From positions 26,784,001-26,848,000 of the forward strand of contig OZ241830.1 of assembly GCA_965202585.1 (NCBI GenBank): a DNA stretch of 64,000 nucleotides, written 5' to 3'. The notes beneath the pieces were generated by a model. That model searched no databases. It was not told the DNA's origin and saw only the letters and a list, made by a program, of their open reading frames with translations. The stretch is from Thalia democratica. Its lineage: Eukaryota. The stretch's first letter is position 1; each line of letters starts with the position of its first letter. This document shows, piece by piece, positions 13,209 through 23,900 of the stretch. Position numbers and translations under genes: made by a program.

Positions 13209-14916
13209 CTGCGAAAATTAAACTGAATAAACGTGCTGATTGCAATTGGGTTCAATGAACAATGTTTCTTGACACTTCAGTCTACAGAAGAACTCGTGAT
13301 TTAAAGTTTAAAATTAATGTTTTTAAAAACGCTTATACGTGGAAACTCTCTGCATAAAAACACTGATTAAAAGATAATTAAATAACACAATAAAGCACAC
13401 ATAGAAAAGTTCCTGTAGGAATAAAATTATTCTAAATAAAAAAATATGCTGATTTAAATTTGAAGCAGAATGAACAATGCTTTTTTATAAATAAATTTAC
13501 AAGACAGCTCATGATTTTGAATGTGACATTTCAAATTTAAAACACGCGTCGCACGTGTCATATCAGAATCAGATTGTGAAAGTTAATTAAACAAAAACGA
13601 AAAGTACTTGACACTTCAACATGCAACACAGAATTTAGTAGCTCTGCGTTGAAACGCGCGTTTTTCTGAAGAATCTTAGCGGAAAAAATTTTCTAAAAAA
13701 CTTTTTTTACATTTCAACATGCAGGAAAGCAAATGAGATGAAACGAAGAAACTAATTCAAATTTATTTACCAGTTTCTAATGATTGAACAAAATATATTT
13801 AATAAATACGTAACAATATATATGAACATTAGAGTTAAATATTAGCAAGCGGTAAATAAACTTGAATTAGTTTCTTCGTTCCATTCATGTAAGTAATTTA
13901 TATTATGATTTATTATTTTATTTTGTATTTTAGTTTACTTTTCTTAATTTAGACTTAAAAACTACAAATATCATATAGTTTTATAACAGTCGAATTTAAC
14001 ATTAAGTATTTTACCTATTATTAACCAATAACCTCTAAAATTCTGTAGAACTTACCTTTATTTTAATGAACACATGTAGACACCTACCTTAGCTTCTATT
14101 CTTTTTCTTTTAGAGTATTTATAATTTTTTACAGAACCCTGTTGAAGTGTCTTAATCCGTTAACACACAGAAACATATGTCGGTACAATAAAAGAAGATA
14201 CTGTATGAATTGTTTTTATCATATATTCCAGTGAACTTGTTTCAGTAGGATATTTTATTAACAAACACTTAAATTTATATTTTGAATAGTTAAAAAAATT
14301 AATAAAAACTCAATTCTTGCAAAAATGACCCCTCGTGCAAAAGTTTTTTCGTGTAATTTTGTTCCCTTGAGCAAAAGTGTCTTCTTGCAAAAGTACTTAT
14401 CTGTTTTTTTTTTTACTCTCGTGCAAAAATGACCCTCCGTGCAAAATTGTCTTCGTGAAATTTTGACCTGTTCCCATTTTAAACACCTCTTTTATACTAT
14501 AGATACAGTTTTTACTTTGTGACTAATTAACTTGTGTCAATTACTGCTCATTTATTGCGTCATAATAATTAGCGCGCTTTCTAACACAAGCAAGCAGCTT
14601 TAAAACTTCTAAAAAAACTCCACATTTTGTAACAAAAAATCATGTTTCTTATATATTTTACCTTTTGCAAATTTGGCTTTTTGCAAACTTTTAAAAAAGT
14701 AAATTGTATACTACTAATACTTTTACTATTACGTAATAGTAATACATTTACGTACTTACGTGGAAATGAAAGCCACATCGTAAGCTAGACATCTTGAAAT
14801 TTTAGAAACTAATAAACTATCTCCTCAAAACTACAAAGCACTTGTTTGGTAAGCACTAAGCGCAGCACTCAAAGCGCTCTTGTTACTAAAACCGAGCAAA
14901 CAACTCAAGTACAAGT

Positions 14917-17900
14917 TTACCAAACAAACTTATTTGGGGAGCAAGTGAAAGCTGGTTCGTGATCCCAATCACCATCCAGACAAGTTATCGTATTTGAACC
15001 CTCCATGGTGTGGTGAGCATCGCATGTGTAGACGGCTCGTGTCCCGCGAATCAACAGTGTGTCATCTGTGTTGTACTCCAACACATAAGTGGACCGACCG
15101 TCTCTTGGCGGGTGCGAGCAGACTGATTAAAAAGTAGATAAGTTACGCCTCTACTATTAGTGGGCAGATTTATCGAGGTACTATTTGAAATTTTTTAAGT
15201 GGTAAGACAATTCTTTATATATATGAGAAATTTGAACTTGTAAGTCTAAATAAAACAAGAAAATTATTTTTAAACTGCATAAAAGTTAAGTTTAAACTAT
15301 TTTAAAAGTTAAACTATTTTGATTAAATCAAAAACTTTTCTAGGTTGTTACTGTGTTTATCCTAAACCGTGCTGCTTAAACTTAAATTATAGCAAATGTA
15401 TTCGTTTTTCCAATAAACATACGTTTAAACTATCAAAAGTTCAAAAAATATTATTAATTATATATTAATATAGGGAACGGGTCAAAGTTGCACCAAGACA
15501 GAATTTCACAAGGTTACTAAATTGCACGAAGACAAAATTGCTTGAGGGCACAAAATTGCACGAAGACAGATTTGCAACAATTTTGCACGAGAGTGAAAAA
15601 AAAACAGAAGATAAAAACTAAAATATAAATTAGTAAAAAAAAAAAAAGATAATAAAAGTTACTGACCGAGGGTAAGGGTTTGGGGTAAAAATGATAGTAA
15701 AAAAAAACTAATAAAAATAATTAAAACTTAAAGAAAAAGAATTAATTAATAAGGCAGAATAAAAAAACCTACCAACCGAGGGTAAGGGTTAAGAGTAAAA
15801 GTAAAAAACTAATTTATATATTTAAAAAAAATACTAAGTTATAAAAAAAAAAGTTCAACTCGTGCATTTTATCTTGGTTCAATTTTATCTCCTCGTGCAA
15901 AAGTGTTTTCGTGCAAAAGTATCTTAGTGAAATTTTGTGCCCTCGTGCAAATTTGACAGCTACCCATTAATATAAGTTAGCAAACGATAAAAACGAACTA
16001 ATAAAATCTGATTATCTTAAAGACTAATTAAAGTTTAATTTAATTATGCCATTAACTTAACAGCAAAGGCCCGTCAAACTGTTGGTCACTTTATCATTCT
16101 TCTAAATTTAAACAATCATTCTAAAAATTTTACATTCTAAATATAACGTAATGATAAACAAAAAGAATGTCGGAATGTTCAAAGGCTTTGGTGAAAATAG
16201 TTATTTATAAAATTGGTGATCAAAACTAATGTTGTACTTATGGACATAACATGATTTTTTTCTAATACATTATTGAACAAAAAAAGTATAGCTTGTAATA
16301 AAACTTTGTATTTTCACAAAAAAGTAATCTTTAAAAATGTTTATCTTAACTCAATTGAAAACAGTTAAATATAATTTACTCATTTATACTTTTCATTTTT
16401 TATAGAATTGATTTTCTTACCAAGATAACAAGTTCCTACATCTCCTACCCACTCGCCGTTCTCAACACAATCTCTCTTGTTGTTTTCTGCTGGATGAAGA
16501 GTATAATCTGTATTACATTTGTAAATAGATGTCTGGTTCCAAGAACTACGTTTGGTTAGATTAGCGAATCCATTATCGAGATTTTGTGTATCAGATGGAC
16601 AATCTAGAAAGCAAAGTTATTTAGATTTTCGTAATTTTTTATGTGATGATAATTTACGTTTTCTTTAATTATGAACATTAAGGATTTAAGTACAAATTAT
16701 AAACTGAGACTGTTTCTTGAAATAAACAATTTTAAATCGTAAAGTTAATAAGTTTCTTATAAAAATAGTAGATAGAAAAAAGAAAAGAATTATTATAGAA
16801 CATACAATTTCTCCTACAATTTAAACAATCTTGCTAAAAAAATTTCATTCTAGTTATAACGTAATGACAAACAAAACAATGTCGAAATGATCAAAGTCCT
16901 TAATGAAAACATGCATTTAAAAAAAATAGTAAACTAAACCAAAGTTGTACTTTTGGACATAAGATGATTTTTTTCTAATACATTATAGAACAAAACCTGC
17001 ATAAATTGTAATAAAACTTTGTATTTTCACAAAAAAAGGCAATATTTAAAATGTGTTTCTTAATTCAATTAAAAACTGTTAAACATAATTTACTCATTTA
17101 TATTTTTAATTTTTTAAAAATTGTTATTTTTACCAGGATAACAAGTTCCTACATCTCCTACCCACTCGCCGTTCTCAACACAATCTCTCTTGTTGTTTTC
17201 TGCTGGATGAAGAGTATAATCTGTATTACATTTGTAAATAGATGTCTGGTTCCAAGTACTATGTTTGGTTAGGTTAGCAAATCCATTATCGAGATTTTTT
17301 GTATCAGGTGGACAATCTAGAAAGCAAAGTTTTTTAGATTATCATAATTTATTAATGTGATGATAATTTACGTTTTCTTTGATTATAAACATTGTGGCTT
17401 ATATACAAATTAGAAACTGAAACTATTTCTTGAAATAAACAATTTTAAATCGTAAAGTTTAATAAGTTTTTTATAAAAGGAGCAGATGAAAAATAGAAAA
17501 TACTTTTTATAAAGCATACAATTTCTCCTACAGTTTTAAACAACCATGCTAAAAATTTTTCATTCTAATCTTATTGTAATAACAAACAAAAATAAAGTAG
17601 AAGTTTTTAAAGTTTTCAGTGAAAATAGTCATTTATAAAAATGGTTAACAAAACTAATGTTGTACTTTTGGACATAAGATGATTTTATTCTGACACATTA
17701 TTGAACAAAGCCTGTATAGATTGTAATAAAACTTTGTATTTTCATAAAAAAAGTAATCTTTAAAATGTTTTTCTAAACTTTATTGAAAACTGTAATATAC
17801 AATTTATTAAATTACAGTTTTAATTTTTTTTAAATCGATTTTCTCACCAGGTAAACAAGTTCCTACATCTCCTACCCACTTGCCGTTCTGAACACAATCT

Positions 17901-20900
17901 CTCTTGTTGTTTTCTGCTGGATGAAGAGTATAATCTGTATTACATTTGTAAATAGATGTCTGGTTCCAAGCACTATGTTTGGTTAGGTTAGCAAATCCAT
18001 TATCGAGATTTTGTGTATCAGATGGACAATCTAGAAAGCAAAGTTATATAGAATTTCATGTTTTTTTAATTTGATGATAATTTAATTTTCGTTTAATTAT
18101 AAATATTAAAGATTTAAATATAAGTTATAAACTAGACTATTTCTTAAAACAAACTATTTTAATGTGTAAAGTATTGAAAGTTTTTAATAAAAGGAGCAGA
18201 TAGAAAAATTAAAATACTTTTCATAAAACATACAATTTCCCTAAAGTTTTAATGAATCATGCTAAAAACTTTTCATTCTAATCTTAACGTAATGACAAAC
18301 AATAATAATGTCGAAATGTTCCAAGTCTTCAGTAAAATTATACATTTAAAATACAGTAATTAAAACCGATGTTGTCCTTTTAGACATAATATGATATTTT
18401 TTGACACATTATTGTACAATCCTGCATAATTTGTAAAAAAAACTTTGTATTTAAAAAAAAAACTTTATTGAAAATGTTTTTCTTAACTCAATTGAAAACT
18501 GTTAAATATAATATACTCATTTATACTTTTCATTTTTTTAGAATTGATTATCTTACCAGGATAACAAGTTCCTACATCTCCTACCCACTCGCCGTTCTCA
18601 ACACAATCTCTCTTGTTGTTTTCTGCTGGATGAAGAGTATAATCTGTATTACATTTGTAAATAGATGTCTGGTGCCAAGCACTATGTTTGGTTAGTCTAG
18701 CAAATCCATTATTGAGATTTTGTGTATCAGATGGACAATCTAGAAAGCAAAGTTATTTAGAATTTCATGTTTTTTTAATTTGATTATAGTTTAATTTCTC
18801 TTTAATGATAAACATAAAACATTTTAATATAAATTATAACCTAGACTATTTCAATAAAACAGACTATTTTAAATCGTAAAGTACAAAAAGTTTTTCATAA
18901 AAGAGTAGATAGAAAAAAGAAAATGCTTTTTATAAAACATACAATTTCCCCTAAAGTTTTTTAACAATCATGCTAAACATTTTTCATTCTAATTATAACG
19001 TAAGGAGAAATAAAAACAATGTCGGAATGTTGAAAGTCTTCAATGAAAATTTACATTTAAAAAACTGTAAACAAAACCAATGTTGTCCTTTTGGACATAA
19101 TATGATTTTTTTCTGAAACATTATTGAACAAACCTGCATAATTTGTAAAAAAACTTTGTATTTTCTTTAAAAAAGCTTTATTTAAAATGTTTTTCTTAAC
19201 TCCATTGAAAAATGTTAAATATAATTTATTCACTTATTTATTTTATTTTATTTTATTATTGATTTTCTTACCAGGATAACAAGTTCCTCCATCTCCTACC
19301 CACTCGCCGTTCTCAACACAATCTCTCTTGTTGTGTTTGCTGGATGAAGAGAATAGTCTGTATTACATTTGTAAATAGATGTCTGGTTCCAAGTACTATG
19401 TTTGGTTAGGTTAGCAAATCCATTATCGAGATTTTGTGTATCAGATGGACAATCTAGAAAGCAAAGTTATCTAGAATTTCATTATTTTTTTAATTGATGA
19501 TAATTTACGTTTTCTTTAACTATGAAAATTAACGATTTAAGTACAAATTATTAACTGAAACTGTTTCTTGAAACAAACAATTTTAAATCGTAAAGTTTAA
19601 TGATTTTTTATAAAAGGAGCAGACGAAAAATAGAAAATACTTTTTATAAAAATTACAATTTCTCGTACAGTTTTAAACAACCATGCTAAAAGTTTTTCAT
19701 TCTAATCTTATTGTAATAACAAACAAAAATAAAGTTAAAATTTTTAAATTTTTCAGTGTAAATAGTCATTTATAAAAGTGGTTAAAAACAGTAATGTTGT
19801 ACTTTTAGACATAAAATAGTTTTTTTTCTAATACATTATTGAACAGAACCCGCATAATTTGTAAAAAACTTTGTATTTTCACGAAAAAATTAATCTTTAA
19901 AATGTCTTTCTTAACTTTATTGAAAAGTGTTATATACAATTTATTAATTTACACTTTTCATTTTTAAATTAATTTTCTAACCAGGATAACAAGTTCCTAC
20001 ATCTCCTACCCACTCGCCGATCTCAACACAATCTCTCTTGTTGTTTTCTGCTGGATGAAGAGTATAATCTGTATTACATTTGTAAATAGATGTCTGGTTC
20101 CAAGCACTATGTTTGGTTAGGTTAGCAAATCAATTATCGAGATTTTGTGTATCAGATGGACAATCTAGAAAGTAAAGTTATTTAGATTTTCGAACTTTTT
20201 TATTTTGATGATAATTTACGTTTTCTTTAATTATGAAAATTAACGACTAAAGTACAAATTATTAACTGAAACTGTTTCTTGAAACAAACAATTTTAAATC
20301 GTAAAGTTTAATGAGTTTTTTATAAAAGTAGCAGACGAAAAATAGAAAAATACTTTTTATAAAACATACAATTTCTCCTACAGTTTTAAACAACCATGCT
20401 AAAAGTTTTTCATTCTAATCTTATTGTAATAAAAAACAAAAATAAATTTGAAATTTTTAAAGTTTTCAGTGTAAATAGTCATTTATAAAAATGGTTAAAA
20501 ACAGTAATGTTGAACTTTTAGACATAAAATAGTTTTTTTTCTAATACATTATTGAACAGAACCCGCATAATTTGTAAAAAACTTTATATTTTCACGAAAA
20601 AAGTAATCTTTAAAATGGTTTCGTAGCTTTATTGAAAAGTGTTATATACAATTTATTAATTTACACTTTTCATTTTTTAAATTAATTTTCTAACCAGGAT
20701 AACAAGTTCCTACATCTCCTACCCACTCGCCGTTCTCAACACAATCTCTCTTGTTGTTTTCTGCTGGATGAAGAGTATAATCTGTATTACATTTGTAAAT
20801 AGATGTCTGGTTCCAAGCACTATGTTTGGTTAGGTTAGCAAATCCATTATCGAGATTTTTTGTATCAGGTGGACAATCTAGAAAGCAAAGTTATTTAGAT

Positions 20901-23900
20901 TATCTTTTTTTTTTTGTTATTATAATGTACTTGTTTAAATTATAAGCATTAATGATTTAAAAATAAATAAAAAAACATAGTTTCTGACATTTTATGCAAA
21001 TTGCCACTACACTGTTGTTCCAAGTACCGTCGTTCAAACATTCGTACGCATAGTCAGCTTCCTTTTCGACAAAAACGAAATCCGAGTTGCAAACAATTTT
21101 AACGACTTCCCCTGGCAAGCGAACATCGGGCCGATGTGAGTGATTGTGCAAAATCAACTCTTTACCATCATCAGGAACATCAAGCAGAGGGCATGCTGTA
21201 CAAATATATCAGGTTTGAAATAAAAATGTTAATAAAACAATCTTTTGAGTGCTTTTTATAAACTTCTTAGGAATTCAAAGAAAAAATCTACAACGTTTAT
21301 CTAAAGTTTTCAGCATGTTAAAGAAAATAAAACTTTAAAGGGTAATTTTAAAACAAATTAAGTAATATATCTATTTCAGATTTTTTTAGATTCGGTTTTC
21401 TCACCACGATAACAAGTTCCTATATTTCATACCCACTAGCCGTCTTTAACACAATCTCTCTTGTTGTTTTCTGCTGGATGAAGAGTATAATATGTATTAC
21501 ATTTGTAAATAGATGTCTTGTTCCAAGCACTATGTTTGATTAGGTTAGCAAATCCATTATCGAGATTTTGTGTATCGGATGGACAATCTAGAAAGCATAG
21601 TTTTATAGATTTTTTCAAAATTTTTAAGTAATGATAATTTACCTTTTCTTTAACTATAAACTTTAGGAATTTAAATACAAATTATAAACTGAAACTGTTT
21701 CTTAAAATAAACAGTTTTAAATCGTAAAGTTTAATAAGATTTACCAAAGGAGTAGATTAAAATAGAAAATACTTTTAATATAAAATATAATTTCTCTTAC
21801 AGTATTTAACAATCATTCTTAAAAATTTTTATTCTAATCTTTACGTAATAAGAAAAAATAATAGTTTTAGAATGTTCAAAGTTTTCAGTGACGATATTCA
21901 TTATAAAGATGATAAATACAAATAAAGTTGTACTATTGGACATAACTTAATTTTATCTAATACATTATTGCTCAAAACGAGCATTATTCGCAAAAAAAAC
22001 CTTGTATTTTCACTAAAAGGGTAACCTTTTTTGCGTTTTTTTGAATTCTTAAAACCTCATACTTGTTTTATCTAACATTTAAAAGTGTTAATAAATACAA
22101 TTTATTCATTTAAAATTTTCATAATTATTATAGAATTTATTTTCTCACCAGGATAACAAGTTCCTACATCTCCTACCCACTCGCCGTTCTCAACACATTC
22201 TCTCTTGTTGTTTTCTGCTGGATGAAGAGTATAATCTGTATTACATTTGTAAATAGATGTCTGGATCAAAGCACTATGTTTGGTTAGATTAGCAAATCCA
22301 TTATCGAGATTTTGTGTTTCAGATTGACAATCTAGAAAGCAAAGTTATCTTGCTTACCGTATTTTTTTGATATATATTTTTTTGTATTTATCATGAACTT
22401 TTGTTAAAATTATAACTATAAAAAATTAAAACAAAAATTGCAAAAATAACATTAATTCTATAATAATTTGAAAGTCGAAGAGCTTAGTGAAATTTTTATA
22501 AAAGGAGCGGATAAAAAGGTGAAAAGACTTTTTGTAAAACATACAATTTCTCTTAATGTTTTAAATAATTATACTTAAACATTTTCATTATAATCTTGAC
22601 GTAATATCAAAAAATCATAGTGTCAGAATGTTTCAAGTTTTCAGTGAAAATATTCATTTCATAAAAATGGTAAACAAAACTAATGTTATACTTTTGGACA
22701 TAACATGATTTTGATCTAATACATTTATGCAGAATACGAGCACTATTAGTAATTTTAATTTGAGTTTTCACAAAAAGGGTAATCTTTTAAATGTTTTTTT
22801 TATCTTCTTAAAAACTCATACGTGTTTTTTCTAATACTGAAAAATATAGTTTATTCATTTATATTTTTCATATCTATTTTAGAACTAATTTTCTTACCAG
22901 GATAACAAGTTCCTACATCTCCTACCCACTCGCCGTTCTCAACACAATCTCTCTTGTTGTTTTCTGCTGGATGAAGAGTATAATCTGTATTACATTTGTA
23001 TATAGATGTGTGGTTCTAAGCACTATGTTTGGTAAGATTAGCAAATCCATTATCGAGACTTAATGGATCAGATGGACAATCTAGAAAGCAAAGTTATTTA
23101 GTTTTTCTTAACGTTTTGTTAATCTTATATTCATTAATGTAAAGATAATAAAATTTTCTTTAACTATGTGCATTAAAACTTTAATATAAACAAAAAACTA
23201 CGATTTTTTCTAAGATAAATCATTAAAATTTGTTAAGCATAATAATTTATTTATTAAAGGAGCGAATAAAGAAGAGAATAAACTTTTTATAAAACATACA
23301 ACTTATCCTATAGTTTTAAACATTTATTCTGAAACATTTTAATTCTAGTCCATGCATTTAATTCTAATCTTAACGTAATGACAAACAATCATTATTTCAA
23401 ATTTTTCTAAGTCTTCATTGGAAATGTTCTTTTATAAAATTGGTAAACAATACAAGTATTTTTTATACTTTTGGTCTTAAAGTAATTTTTTTCTACTACA
23501 TTATCGCACGAAAGGAGCATCGGAAAATAACTTTGCATTCTGCATAACAGGTAATTTTTCAAATGCTTATTCTTTTTTACACTTCATAGAACTCATACGT
23601 GTTTTATCTTAAATTGAAAAGTGTTTTTAAATATAACTTGTTTATGTATCGTTGACAACTTATTTGGAATATATTCTCTAAAATCTCCTTTTCATTAAAT
23701 TATTAAAATTTAGGATATGTGATAATTTTACTTGACTGATATAAAATCTTAAATACTTTCTTATAAAAAAATAATAGTTTTATTTTTAATAATACTAGAT
23801 AAGTTGTTTTAATTGTTTTAAGCTTTAAATTATAACTAAGAAAGTTTTAATAAGATCTAAACACACTTGATTGGTTTGATTAAACCTGCTTTTCCCAAAA

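Larger units (their letters stand above)
16110..23600 (-). repeat. Inverted twin of the ~714-bp CCP exon+intron tandem array (10 units)
   Basis: Exon starts on the minus strand at 23080, 22331, 21587, 20877, 20164, 19453, 18739, 18030, 17316, 16603 (spacing 709-749). Exons and introns are reverse-complement homologues of 1-4010. Confidence 0.95.

Noticed and set aside
229-18695. ORFs such as MLNIIYSF...SYISYPLAVLNTISLVVFCWMKSIICITFVNRCLVPSTMFG (229-474, 991-1188, 17051-17272, 18468-18695)
   Set aside because: They are antisense read-throughs of the CCP repeat exon; the opposite strand has the splice sites and the CCP signature.
233-23080. CRISPR-like reading of the regularly spaced repeats
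   Set aside because: The repeats are 183-nt coding exons with homologous introns as spacers, in a eukaryotic context with no cas genes.
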